NCBI GenBank assembly: GCA_964392545.1
Contig: CAYMQN010000001.1
Location: 16,171 to 63,311, forward strand
Source of the DNA: an uncultured Desulfobacteraceae bacterium
Lineage (GTDB): Bacteria; Desulfobacterota; Desulfobacteria; Desulfobacterales; UBA5852
DNA: 47,141 nt
Direction: 5' to 3'
Shown: positions 1-8,974 of the stretch, piece by piece
Layout of the letters: every line of letters starts with the position of its first letter
Numbering within the stretch: position 1 is the first letter of the stretch
The notes under the pieces: model-generated
Databases searched by the model: none
What the model saw: the letters and a program-made list of their open reading frames with translations, nothing else
Told to the model about the DNA's origin: nothing
Program-made: the position numbers and the translations under genes

Positions 1-297
1 CTGGGGCGGGATACCCAAGACATAGGCTTCATACTCGGTAGGGCCCTCCTGATAAACTTCCAGCATGGCTTCGAAATCCTTGCGGCGCTGATTGCTTTTC
101 CACGCCAGCCAGCTATCCATGTCCTGCCAGGTTCCAATCACCAGGACATTCTGAGGATCGTCGTGGGACACCAGGGTCTCGCCGGAGACATACCCCGCCT
201 GGGTCATGGCCCCGGAGCGGAAGTCACGCAGCAAGGCGTTGATTTCCTTGACCTTGCCCTTTTTAAAGCGTCTTTTGATGAAGATTTTGACCAGCAT
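1..297 (-). CDS. Antibiotic-biosynthesis-monooxygenase (ABM)-like small protein, 3' end off the window
   Basis: ATG at 297 (complement) follows GGAGGAAGG. My translation MLVKIFIKRRFKKGKVKEINALLRDFRSGAMTQAGYVSGETLVSHDDPQNVLVIGTWQDMDSWLAWKSNQRR... stays open to position 1. The pattern resembles ABM/ferredoxin-fold proteins. It is absent from the ORF track because it is truncated. Confidence 0.55.
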   Translation of the reverse strand, partial: MLVKIFIKRRFKKGKVKEINALLRDFRSGAMTQAGYVSGETLVSHDDPQNVLVIGTWQDMDSWLAWKSNQRRKDFEAMLEVYQEGPTEYEAYVLGIPPQ

Positions 298-496
298 GGC
301 CTTCCTCCTTTCCGTTGAGGGTGCCGTGGTCGGGCGGGGGCGGGTTCCGCATCACGATGAACGTGCCCGGGCTGGGAGTCATGCGGCACCGTAAATGGAT
401 GTAGTTCAATCTAATGCCTGGATAAGGCCTTAGCAAAGGAAAACCGGCGCCGTCAACCAAAGGCCGGCCCGTTTGGCCGCAACCCTGCGGGGGCGC

Positions 497-1225
497 TCAG
501 CGGACCGCGGCCAGCAGCCGTGCGCGGAGGGCCCAGACCAGGAATCCGGCATAGACCTCCCACACATGCGGGCCGTATCCTCCGGCCATTAGTCCGGCCT
601 GCGGGATGCGGCGCTTTTTCAAAAAGCGGTAGATCGTGCAATCGCGCGCCAGCAACTGCCGCTGGGTCAATTTTAGGCCCTGGGTCGATGGAAGGGTATC
701 GCGGAAGTAGGGATCGGCGCCCGAAACGATCACGGCCAGGTCCGGCACGGAAAGGCCTTCCAGTTGCTCCAAACCGTCCTTGAGCCGGTCATTGTATCGG
801 CCTTCTTCACCGGCTTCCATGGCGATTCGGCAGCATTGCGCAGTGCCGGCCACCCGCTTGAGGATGCGCGTGAATAGATCCCTCAAGGGCAGGGTGGCCT
901 GGTCGGGTGCGTAGCGGTAATAGCGGCCCTGATCGTCGATCAGTTCATAGGTGCGCAGGATTTCCTCTTCGAGGGTGTTCGCAAAGAGGCGGTTGACATA
1001 CCCGTGGCCGTGGGCGCGCAACAAATCCTCGCGGCTAAGGGGTTCATCCACGCGGGGGATGTGCCATTCCCGGATGCGCGGCCCCAGTTGCGGATCCTGG
1101 CGAAGCACGTCAAAGGTACGCGCGGCCTTGCTGTCGGAAATCGGGATCTGGATGCCGAATTCGAAAAAGCCCTGAAGCTCGTTGGGATCGTAGAGAATCA
1201 TTAGGCTGACAGGCAGACCGGTCAT
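497..1225 (-). CDS. Histone deacetylase/acetoin-utilisation (HDAC-fold) family-like protein, apparently lacking the catalytic core
   Basis: 242 aa. The N-terminal part (SREDLLRAHGHGYVNRL) and C-terminal part (PDLAVIVSGADPYFRDTL ... LMAGGYGP) look like the HDAC fold. The central segment that normally carries the HH and D-H-D zinc ligands is not visible. ATG at 1225 lies 1 nt after the rlmI stop. Confidence 0.5.
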   Translation of the reverse strand: MTGLPVSLMILYDPNELQGFFEFGIQIPISDSKAARTFDVLRQDPQLGPRIREWHIPRVDEPLSREDLLRAHGHGYVNRLFANTLEEEILRTYELIDDQGRYYRYAPDQATLPLRDLFTRILKRVAGTAQCCRIAMEAGEEGRYNDRLKDGLEQLEGLSVPDLAVIVSGADPYFRDTLPSTQGLKLTQRQLLARDCTIYRFLKKRRIPQAGLMAGGYGPHVWEVYAGFLVWALRARLLAAVR

Positions 1226-1226
1226 G

Positions 1227-2414
1227 TCACCAGACGCGGCAGAGCAGGCCCTTGAGATAATGGCCTTCCGGAAAGGTGAGGGCCGTGGGGTGGTCGGCGG
1301 CCTGGCTCATACGCCGCAGAACGAGGGCCTCGCGGCCGGCGTCCAGGGCGGCATCCGCCACGATTTTTTGAAAAAGGGCCGGTTCCATCAGGCCGGAACA
1401 GGAAAACGTGAACAGATAACCGCCGGCCCGCAGCAGCTTGATGGCCAGCAGGTTGATATCCTTATAACCGCGGCTGGCGCGGTCCAGCTGTTGACGGGAG
1501 TCGGCGAACTTGGGCGGATCGAGCACGATCAGGTCGAACTCCCGCGCTGCGTCGCGGAAGGCGCGCAGCTGCTTGAAGACATCGGCCTGCAAATAGGTCA
1601 CCCGCTCGCCGTCGAGGGTATTGAGGACCATGTTTTTTTGCGCCAGATCCAGGGCGGCCGCCGAAATGTCCATATTGGTGAGGCTTCGGGCGCCGGCGGC
1701 CATGGCGGAAACCCCGAATCCGCCCGTGTAGCAGAAGCAGTTCAGCACATCCCGGTCGGCCGCGTAATGGCCGACAAGCAGTCGATTGTCCCGCTGGTCG
1801 AGGTAGAAGCCTGTTTTGTGACCGTCGCGAACGTCCACCAGATAGCGAAAATCCCCCTCCCGCACCTCGATCGTCTGCGGAGGCGCCTTGCCCGCCAGGA
1901 CCCCTACCTGCCGGGTCAGGCCCTCCTTGTCCAGCACGGGACTGTCGGAACGCTCGAAAATGCCTTCCGGGGTGACCAGCGCCTGCAGCGCCTCCACAAT
2001 GCAGGCTTTCCAGGCATGCACGCCGGCGGTCAAAAACTGACAAACCAGAAAGGGTCCGTACTGATCGACGATCAGTCCCGGCAGTCCGTCCGACTCGGCA
2101 TTGACCAGGCGGCAGGCGCTGAGCCAGAGGCGCTTTTTCATTTCGCGCCGGTTGGCCAAGGCCCGTTCCAGGCGTCGTCGGAAGAACGCTTCGTCAACCG
2201 CTTCTTTTTCGTCAAAGGTCCACAAGCGCACCGTGATCTGCGATTTGGGCGAATAGGCCCCGCGTCCCAACCATGCCCCCCGGGCATTCACCAGATCGAC
2301 CGTATCGCCCGACCCGGGATGGCCCTTGGTCTTGGCCAGGGCCCCGCTGAAAACCCAGGGGTGCTTGCGCAGGAGGGATTTATCGCGTTTCGGTTTGATA
2401 ATCACAAAAGCCAT
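1227..2414 (-). CDS. rlmI: Class I SAM-dependent 23S rRNA (cytosine-C5) methyltransferase, RlmI-like
   Basis: 395 aa. N-terminus MAFVIIKPKRDKSLLRKHPWVFSGAL (PUA-like) is followed by a SAM-methyltransferase core (VLNCFCYTGGFGV, LDPPKF). Confidence 0.85.
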   Translation of the reverse strand: MAFVIIKPKRDKSLLRKHPWVFSGALAKTKGHPGSGDTVDLVNARGAWLGRGAYSPKSQITVRLWTFDEKEAVDEAFFRRRLERALANRREMKKRLWLSACRLVNAESDGLPGLIVDQYGPFLVCQFLTAGVHAWKACIVEALQALVTPEGIFERSDSPVLDKEGLTRQVGVLAGKAPPQTIEVREGDFRYLVDVRDGHKTGFYLDQRDNRLLVGHYAADRDVLNCFCYTGGFGVSAMAAGARSLTNMDISAAALDLAQKNMVLNTLDGERVTYLQADVFKQLRAFRDAAREFDLIVLDPPKFADSRQQLDRASRGYKDINLLAIKLLRAGGYLFTFSCSGLMEPALFQKIVADAALDAGREALVLRRMSQAADHPTALTFPEGHYLKGLLCRVW

Positions 2415-2918
2415 GGGTATTCATTGTCCTTTGAAAGAAGCTGACGGCATGGTTTGGGCGGTTGTCGGTGGAAAGGTGCGATCTTTGGAGGGCCGTCGAT
2501 TTCAGCAAATGACGATCATACGCGTTGTATGGGAATGGATGACAAAACAGGCGCCCTTCTGGAAGGCCATACCACAAATCGATCAGGACGCAAAGTTGTG
2601 CGGTCGGTTGCGAGCCGCAAGGGAAAGACAACCGCGGCGGTTTTGATTGTACTTGACAGGCTCACAGGCCTGTGGCAGCTATGAATTATCATCGATTTTC
2701 TCAATAAAATGGGGTTTTCCGGCGACCTCTCCCTCTGAAAGGGCATCCCGCCCGCTCTCGACGCGCCATCCACAGCCCTCCCCGAAGCTGGCACCCCCAT
2801 TCGTCGAAGGTCTTGCAATCCGCGGTCTTTAACGGCCTGGCCGATACGAAGCGGTAGTCCGACCACTGCGTTCCAGCATGCCTTGAATCATTGTGCCCGG
2901 GGAAAGGAGGGGGGAACC

Positions 2919-3386
2919 ATGAAAGCCCAGAGGATTCTGCTGCCGTACAATTTTTCGCTAAACGATCAGAAGGCCTTGGCTTTTGTGATACGAACCTTCG
3001 GGGCGATGGAAGATGCCGAGGTCACCCTCTTCCATGCCTTTACACCCATTTCCGAAATCGAAGCTCCCGACCATCAATCCGCAACCGCCAAGCTGAAGCG
3101 GCGGCTGTCCTACCTGACGGAGGAATTGACCGAGCGCGAAATGGCCCTCCAGGAGGTTCGCCAGCATCTCATCAACGAAGGTTTCCCGAAGGACAAGGTC
3201 CGCTATGTATTCAAGTCCCGCAAAGGGGAAATCGCGGCCGCCATCCTCGACCAGACCGGGGAAGCGCCATACGATGTCATCGTCTTGAGCCACAAGCCCG
3301 GCAAAGTGACACGGTTTTTTACGGGCAGCGTCTTCATCAAGGTCGTCAGTGTGCTGCAGGATATCACCGTTTGTATCGTCTCGTGA
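2919..3386 (+). CDS. Universal stress protein (UspA) family
   Basis: ATG at 2919 follows GGAAAGGAGGGGGG; the ORF-track start at 2883 is TTG. MKAQRILLPYNFSLNDQKALAFV... VIVLSHKPGKVTRFFTGSVFIKVV is a Usp-like pattern. Confidence 0.7.
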   Translation: MKAQRILLPYNFSLNDQKALAFVIRTFGAMEDAEVTLFHAFTPISEIEAPDHQSATAKLKRRLSYLTEELTEREMALQEVRQHLINEGFPKDKVRYVFKSRKGEIAAAILDQTGEAPYDVIVLSHKPGKVTRFFTGSVFIKVVSVLQDITVCIVS

Positions 3387-3455
3387 AGAAAACGGCCTGC
3401 TTGCTTGGCGGTCGCTGCCGACGGCCGCAAGACGGGCCGATGAGGAGGGCGTCCA

Positions 3456-4010
3456 ATGCAAACCGAGGATAGGATCAGTATCGACATTTTCAAGGTGGTC
3501 ACCCGGGCCATCGCCGAATCCAGCCACCTGGAGATCATGGCCAAGCATCTCGCGCAATTGATCATCGGTGCGCTGGAGATCAAAGGGGCCACCATATTCG
3601 CCATCAATATGGAAACCAAAGAGCTCGAAGTGCTGGGCAGTTTCGGTCTCAGCATCCGCTACATGAACAAGGGGCCGCTTTACATCAACCGCAGCATCAA
3701 AAGCGTCGAGAAGCACAAGGCGGTGGTGGTCAGGGACGTGCGCAATTCCGATCTGCTGCAGTACAGTGCCGATGCCATCCAGGAAGGCATCGGGGCCATG
3801 GTTTCCGTTCCCATTTCCTTCAGCGGGCGTGTCATCGGCGTACTGCGACTCTATCACCACGAGGAGTGGGATATCTCGGAGCGGGACCTCGACTCCCTCT
3901 TCGTTCTGGCAGAGATCATCGGCCTGGCCATGATGTATGCCCGCATGAGCAATGCGATTCAGGAGGTCAATACCATCGTCGGCGATGTGCACGAAGCCTG
4001 GCTGAAGTAG
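3456..4010 (+). CDS. Stand-alone GAF domain protein
   Basis: 184 aa with RBS GAGGAGGG. GAF-like pattern: ...GATIFAINMETKELEVLGSFGLS...GAMVSVPISFSGRVIGVLRLYHHEEWDISERDLD. Confidence 0.7.
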   Translation: MQTEDRISIDIFKVVTRAIAESSHLEIMAKHLAQLIIGALEIKGATIFAINMETKELEVLGSFGLSIRYMNKGPLYINRSIKSVEKHKAVVVRDVRNSDLLQYSADAIQEGIGAMVSVPISFSGRVIGVLRLYHHEEWDISERDLDSLFVLAEIIGLAMMYARMSNAIQEVNTIVGDVHEAWLK

Positions 4011-4027
4011 CGCTTTTGACGCAACGC

Positions 4028-4855
4028 TCAGCCGCCGTGGTCGAACGCACCGGTCAGAAAACGGTTGATAGCCGTCCAGTAGGCCTCGTCCAACTGAAGA
4101 TCGTTGTGGTCGCCGCTCTCGATCACCACGGTTTCGACCGGCCCGCCCCAGAGCCGGGCCAGCCGCTCGGACCGCGGCGCGGGGATAATGCCGTCCTGCC
4201 CGGCGGTGATCATCAGGGCCGGCAGGTGGATATCCGGCGCCAAGGCCGCCGAGTCGAAGGGGTGTTTCAAGAGAAGCCCCACCGGCAGAAACGGGTAGTG
4301 ATGGCGGGCCACCTTCAGGAGACTATCGAAAGGGGTGACCAGGATGACGCCGCCCACGGCCCGCCGGGACGCTACGTGAACCGCCACTCCGGACCCCAGG
4401 CTGCGCCCCATCAGGACGACCTGGTCCAGGGGAATATTTTCACGGCGGGTGACCGTGTCCAGAATGAAAAGCGCGTCGCGGCAGAGCGCCTTCTGGGAGG
4501 GTTTGCCGTCACTGTCGCCGTAGCCCCGGTAGTTCATGAAAAGGTAGGCGCCGGCCTCGAGACGGGCCAGATCCGGCAAATTGCCGGAGACCTCCTCGGC
4601 ATTGCCGCCGTAGTAGACCAGCAGCGGACGCTCCCGGCGGACGCGGCCCGGCACGTACCAGCCCGTTAGCCGCCGTCCTTCGTGTTCGAGGGTCAGGGCG
4701 TATTCGGCAAAGGCGGCGCGGTGCGGCGGCGGGGTCGGCTGCGGAAAAAAGACCAATGCATCCTGGAAAAGATACATCAGAAGGACGCCGATGACGACGA
4801 CGGGGACCACGATTTTAAGGGTTTCCAGCATGGAATTGCTCCGGGTGAAAATCAT
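4028..4855 (-). CDS. Membrane-anchored alpha/beta hydrolase
   Basis: 275 aa. N-terminal TM helix (LKIVVPVVVIGVLLMYLF), nucleophile elbow GRSLGSG, and a C-terminal GDHNDL histidine motif. Confidence 0.75.
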   Translation of the reverse strand: MIFTRSNSMLETLKIVVPVVVIGVLLMYLFQDALVFFPQPTPPPHRAAFAEYALTLEHEGRRLTGWYVPGRVRRERPLLVYYGGNAEEVSGNLPDLARLEAGAYLFMNYRGYGDSDGKPSQKALCRDALFILDTVTRRENIPLDQVVLMGRSLGSGVAVHVASRRAVGGVILVTPFDSLLKVARHHYPFLPVGLLLKHPFDSAALAPDIHLPALMITAGQDGIIPAPRSERLARLWGGPVETVVIESGDHNDLQLDEAYWTAINRFLTGAFDHGG

Positions 4856-4917
4856 TCCGTCCTTGCCGCGCCCCGAAACGCTTCACAGCTCAGATGCCCG
4901 CCTGTCCGCTGGGGCGA

Positions 4918-5589
4918 TCAGGCCGGATGCAGCATCAGTCTGGCATCCAGAACCATCCAGGCGCCTGCGCTCCAGACCACCGGGTTGAGGTCCAGTTGGT
5001 CGAAACGCGCGCCCAGGGCATCCACCAGCCGACCGACGACGACCAGCAGCCGCGCTAGGGCGGCGGGATCGGCCTGCAGACCCCGGTAGCCTTCGAAGAC
5101 CGGGTGAATTTTGAGTTCGGCCAGCATGCGGCCGGCTTCGGCCGCTTCAAGCGGCGCCAGGCGAAAGGCCACGTCCTGAAAAATTTCCGTCAGAATGCCC
5201 CCGGCGCCCACCATGACAGCCGGCCCGAAGGCGGGGTCGACCAGCCCGCCCACGATCATTTCCGGGCCTTCAAAGGCCACCATCGTTTCGACCAGGACGG
5301 GGGTTTGCGGAAACCGTTCGAACAGGTCACGCAGCGCCGTCTTCAGTTCGGCCTGCCCCAGGTTCAAATAAACACCCCTGGAATCCGTTTTGTGGTCGAT
5401 GGCGGGGGAGCAGACCTTGGCAACGTAAGGCCCGGCGAAATCGGGAATCACCTCCGCGGTGCCGTGCGCCAGGCGAACCCCCTGGGGTACCGTGAGCCCC
5501 AATCGGCCCAGAAGATCCTTGACCTCGTATTCGTCGGGGCGGTGGGCGTGTTTCAGCCGGGCCAGCCACGGTTGCAGGATGGCTTTCAT
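4918..5589 (-). CDS. ADP-forming acetyl/acyl-CoA synthetase, ATP-grasp (beta) part
   Basis: Real start is MKAILQPWLARLK at 5589. It overlaps the upstream stop in an ATGA arrangement. The Arg/Pro-rich N-terminal extension of the 373-aa ORF looks non-coding. ATP-grasp-like YVAKVCSPAIDHKTDSRGVYLNL. Confidence 0.75.
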   Translation of the reverse strand: MKAILQPWLARLKHAHRPDEYEVKDLLGRLGLTVPQGVRLAHGTAEVIPDFAGPYVAKVCSPAIDHKTDSRGVYLNLGQAELKTALRDLFERFPQTPVLVETMVAFEGPEMIVGGLVDPAFGPAVMVGAGGILTEIFQDVAFRLAPLEAAEAGRMLAELKIHPVFEGYRGLQADPAALARLLVVVGRLVDALGARFDQLDLNPVVWSAGAWMVLDARLMLHPA

Positions 5590-6995
5590 GCATCGGCCTC
5601 CAGGGCGGCCAGAATCCGGGCGCGCTCCACCAAAAAACGCGCCGCCCGCACGGCGCGGCTGATGGACGGGAAACCCACGACGCCGGCATCGTGAAACCGC
5701 CGCAAATAGAGATCGGTGAAAGGACCGTACTGGGTCACCGTTATGACCGGTTTGGGACTGTGCCGCACCTGTTCGGCGATCGCCGCAACCAGGCCGTCGG
5801 AAATGGCCGGCGGCGCAAAAAGGGCCGCGCAGATGACCACGTCCACCCCCTCGTCCCTCAGCAGGGCTTTCAGACTGCGGCCGACCATCACGTCGTCGGC
5901 GCCGGCGGTGAGATCCACCGGGTTCGCGCAGGCCGCATACGGAAAAGAGAGCTTGCGGATCCGCTGAATGGTCCGGGGCTGCAAGGTTGCCATGCGCAGC
6001 GGGATGCCGCGCAGGCCGGCCTCGATGTGGTCGGCGCACATGACCCCGAAGCCCCCGGCCGGCGTCAGCACGGCCACCCGATGGCCCGGCGCGGGCGGCA
6101 GCATGGCCAGGGTCTTGGACGCATCGCAGAGTTCCTCGTCATCGAAGACCCGTTGGATGCCATACTGCCGCAGGGCGCCGCCGACCACAGCATCCATCCC
6201 CGCCAGGCGGCCGGTGTGGCTGCTGACGGCCCGCGCGCCCGCGGGGGTGCGCCCCGCCTTGAGGACGATAATCGGTTTATGAGGGGTGAACCGGCGGGCC
6301 ATTTCCAGAAATCGTCGCCCGTGTTCGATATTCTCGAGGTAGAACGCCAAGCAGGCGGTTCCCGGATCCCGGCCGAAATAGTCCAAAAAGTCGATTTCAT
6401 CCAGGTCGCATTTGTTGCCGAGGCCGACGAAGGCGCGCATGCCGTAGCCCGTGTTGCTGGCCAGGCCAAGGGCCTCGACCCCCACCGATCCACTCTGGGT
6501 GATGAAGGCCACCCCGCCGCCGGGCCCGAGCGCCTTGTCGCCGTGTTCGACAAAGATGGTATCCAGCCGCTCGCCGGGAACGAAGATCCCCAGAGAATTG
6601 GGCCCTAGAATCCGGCTTCCGGTGGTTGTGGCGATTTCGCGCAGCCGGGCCTCGAGGTCGGCGCCCGCCGCGCCGGATTCGCCGAACCCCCCCGCCACAA
6701 CGATGAGAAAAGGGATGCCGCGGGCCGCACAAGCGGCAACGGCCGCAACCGCGGATTCGGCCGCCGTGGCCACCACGGCCACATCGATGCCGTCCGGCAG
6801 CGCTTCGATGGAAGGGCTGGCTTGATACCCGAGAATATCGCGTTCACGGGGGTGAACCGGATAAAGCTTGCGCAGGGATGGGCTCAGGCGTTCCAGAATG
6901 ATGCGGCCAATGCTGTCTTTGCGTGAGCTGGCGCCGATCACAGCGATGGCCTTGGGGGCGAAAAGGCGCTTGAGATCATATGCGGGCAACGTCAT
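5586..6995 (-). CDS. ADP-forming acetyl/acyl-CoA synthetase, CoA-binding/ligase (alpha) part
   Basis: 469 aa. PKAIAVIGASSRKDSIGRIIL is a CoA-binding Rossmann motif, followed by succinyl-CoA-synthetase-like flavodoxin domains (ITQSGSVG). ATGA overlap with the upstream thioesterase. Confidence 0.8.
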   Translation of the reverse strand: MTLPAYDLKRLFAPKAIAVIGASSRKDSIGRIILERLSPSLRKLYPVHPRERDILGYQASPSIEALPDGIDVAVVATAAESAVAAVAACAARGIPFLIVVAGGFGESGAAGADLEARLREIATTTGSRILGPNSLGIFVPGERLDTIFVEHGDKALGPGGGVAFITQSGSVGVEALGLASNTGYGMRAFVGLGNKCDLDEIDFLDYFGRDPGTACLAFYLENIEHGRRFLEMARRFTPHKPIIVLKAGRTPAGARAVSSHTGRLAGMDAVVGGALRQYGIQRVFDDEELCDASKTLAMLPPAPGHRVAVLTPAGGFGVMCADHIEAGLRGIPLRMATLQPRTIQRIRKLSFPYAACANPVDLTAGADDVMVGRSLKALLRDEGVDVVICAALFAPPAISDGLVAAIAEQVRHSPKPVITVTQYGPFTDLYLRRFHDAGVVGFPSISRAVRAARFLVERARILAALEADA

Positions 6996-7432
6996 TCTTT
7001 ATTCGCGGAAGTTTTGTTCAGTACGGCCATGGTAATGCGCGAAATGCAAACCAGACGGTCATCGTCGTCCCGGATGTGGATCTGCCATATGTGCGTGCCT
7101 TTGCCGATATGCACCGGGGTCACCGTGCCGGTCACATGGCCGTCCCGCACGGGGCGCACGTGGTTGGCATTGATCTCCATGCCCACCGCCATTTGGCGGT
7201 CCGGGTCGATGCAGAGATTGGCGGCAACGCTGCCGAGGGTTTCGGCCAGAACCACCGAAGCACCCCCGTGCAAGATGCCCGCGGGCTGTATGGTTCGCTG
7301 GTCCACCGCCATACGGGCCGTGATGGCGTCGTCACCGACGGCGATGTAGGTGATGCCGACATGGGCAACGAGGGTACCTCGCGACCGGGCATTGAGCGCT
7401 TCGAGGGTCGGTGATGTGAACCAGATGGCCAT
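6992..7432 (-). CDS. PaaI/YbdB-type hotdog-fold thioesterase
   Basis: 146 aa. LHGGASVVLAETLGS and GKGTHIWQIHI are typical of PaaI-family thioesterases. Confidence 0.8.
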   Translation of the reverse strand: MAIWFTSPTLEALNARSRGTLVAHVGITYIAVGDDAITARMAVDQRTIQPAGILHGGASVVLAETLGSVAANLCIDPDRQMAVGMEINANHVRPVRDGHVTGTVTPVHIGKGTHIWQIHIRDDDDRLVCISRITMAVLNKTSANKE

Positions 7433-7533
7433 TTGATGCGTTCCTTGCGGGAGTGCGGCCGCGGGAGATTGAAAAGAGCCTGGACGGTTTCATGGGCGGC
7501 TTCAGGGAAAACCTGCCGGCCGGTCACCGGCCG

Positions 7534-8745
7534 CTATTGAATCCATTTGATTTCACGTGCGGTTTCTTTGCCGATGACGGTAAAGTTCAGATTGGGCGGC
7601 ATGGTCGCGTTGGTTTTCGAAAGCGGGATGCGGCTGCCCATGATTTCCGCCACCTGCTGGGGATAGAGCGGCTGGCGATCGGGATAGGCGTATCCGTCGG
7701 GAAAGATCGGTTGCCGGGTGGCCCGGTCGTATTTGTCCGTGGCCCCCACGGTGTGCAGAATCTCATGGGCGATGACCACCTGATTTTTGGGCTCCAGCCG
7801 GTAATCGGCATAGGCATGGACCACCCCGAAGAGGCCTTTGCGCAGTCCCAGCGAATTTTCCAGGGCCTTGCCGGAGCGGGGATCATGATAGACAATGAAA
7901 ACTTTGATTTCCGGCGAAGGGCCCTCCGTAAAGGTGTCGTTCTGAAAAACCCAAAGACGCATCTTGAGGCTCCACCAGATCGTGGCCAGGGGGTTGCGGC
8001 CCTGGGGCGGCGAGGGTGGGAGTTCCTCAACGGCCGGCGCCAGACGGATGGTAAACGGCTCCACCAAGGGCAGACCGTGAACTTCGGCCTCCTCGGCAAA
8101 AAAATCGACGATAGGGCGAAAGAAGCTCTCGTCCAGATTGGCCATATAAGCGGTGACGTGATCGTTGCCGTCGCCGTTGATGGGGTAGATGCCCACCCAG
8201 AGCGGTTCGTCCCAGTCGGTGGTCCAGCGACCGGTCATGAAGGTATTCATCCCCACAATGAACAGGATGAATAGCAGGAGGCCGATGCGCGCGGTTTTCC
8301 ACATTTTTTTGGAAGCGTCCGCCCTAGGATCGGCGCTTGAAACCGGCACGGTGACTTTGGCGAGGGGCGCCGGTCGCGGCTTCGCTTCGGGCTCGATCAG
8401 AAAGGCACCGCATTTGAGGCAGGTGGTTGACCGGCTTTGGGCCAAGCCACAGTCCGGGCAGGTTACCCGGGCGGCGCCAGGGGGTCCCGCGGCCGAAGGG
8501 GGCCCTTCGTCCGGCGCTTCGACCGGCTCGAGTTCGAAGATAACACCGCAACGGGCCGCTGCTTTGCGCAATTTTTCGGCCGTGATCTCGTCGACGTTTT
8601 TGCGTATGGTGACCGCCTGGCTGGCGGAAAACAACTGATTGACGGTTTCCGGCTTCAGTTTGAAAATTTTAGCCAGACGCTGCTTGGCTTCATCCATATC
8701 GTATTCGGGCGAAAACTCCCCGTGAAAAACCACATCATACGGCAT
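7534..8745 (-). CDS. Membrane protein: small N-terminal domain, zinc ribbon, one TM helix, and an extracytoplasmic domain with an HExxHxxGxxD metalloprotease-like motif
   Basis: 403 aa. Zinc ribbon CPDCG...CLKCG, TM ARIGLLLFILFIVGMNTF, and C-terminal VIAHEILHTVGATDKY followed by AEIMGS (possible Met-turn). Confidence 0.6.
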   Translation of the reverse strand: MPYDVVFHGEFSPEYDMDEAKQRLAKIFKLKPETVNQLFSASQAVTIRKNVDEITAEKLRKAAARCGVIFELEPVEAPDEGPPSAAGPPGAARVTCPDCGLAQSRSTTCLKCGAFLIEPEAKPRPAPLAKVTVPVSSADPRADASKKMWKTARIGLLLFILFIVGMNTFMTGRWTTDWDEPLWVGIYPINGDGNDHVTAYMANLDESFFRPIVDFFAEEAEVHGLPLVEPFTIRLAPAVEELPPSPPQGRNPLATIWWSLKMRLWVFQNDTFTEGPSPEIKVFIVYHDPRSGKALENSLGLRKGLFGVVHAYADYRLEPKNQVVIAHEILHTVGATDKYDRATRQPIFPDGYAYPDRQPLYPQQVAEIMGSRIPLSKTNATMPPNLNFTVIGKETAREIKWIQ

Positions 8746-8846
8746 AATTGGGTCACTCTGTAGAAAGCGGCGTTGGTTGTTGGCGTTTCCCGGACGTTAT
8801 CGTTGGCGGCCATCGCTTGAAGCCGGGCCCCGGGGCCCCGCGTTCG

Positions 8847-8861
8847 GCAACCCTTGCGCCA
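8847..8861 (-). promoter_or_regulatory. Candidate sigma-54 promoter (TGGCGC-N5-TTGC) upstream of the 7534..8745 gene
   Basis: Minus strand reads TGGCGCAAGGGTTGC with correct GG-N10-GC spacing, about 100 nt upstream of the ATG at 8745. One mismatch in the -24 hexamer. Confidence 0.3.
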
Positions 8862-8974
8862 TTCGGCAAAAGGATCGATTGGCAATTAATTAAGAAACAT
8901 ATCAGATGGATTCAGATGTGGCAAGCAGCGGCCGCCTGACCACAGCCTCCCCAGCGGCCGGCCGGGCCAGGGGA

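Noticed and set aside
2789-2803. TGGCAC-N5-TTCG upstream of the usp gene.
   Set aside because: The -24 hexamer is perfect, but the essential GC dinucleotide of the -12 element is replaced (TTCG), so I did not call a sigma-54 promoter.
5590-6039. N-terminal extension of the 373-aa ORF (4918..6039) overlapping the acyl-CoA synthetase alpha gene.
   Set aside because: The extension is Arg/Gly/Pro-rich with no domain. An internal ATG at 5589 gives an ATGA overlap with the upstream stop and a complete ATP-grasp protein.
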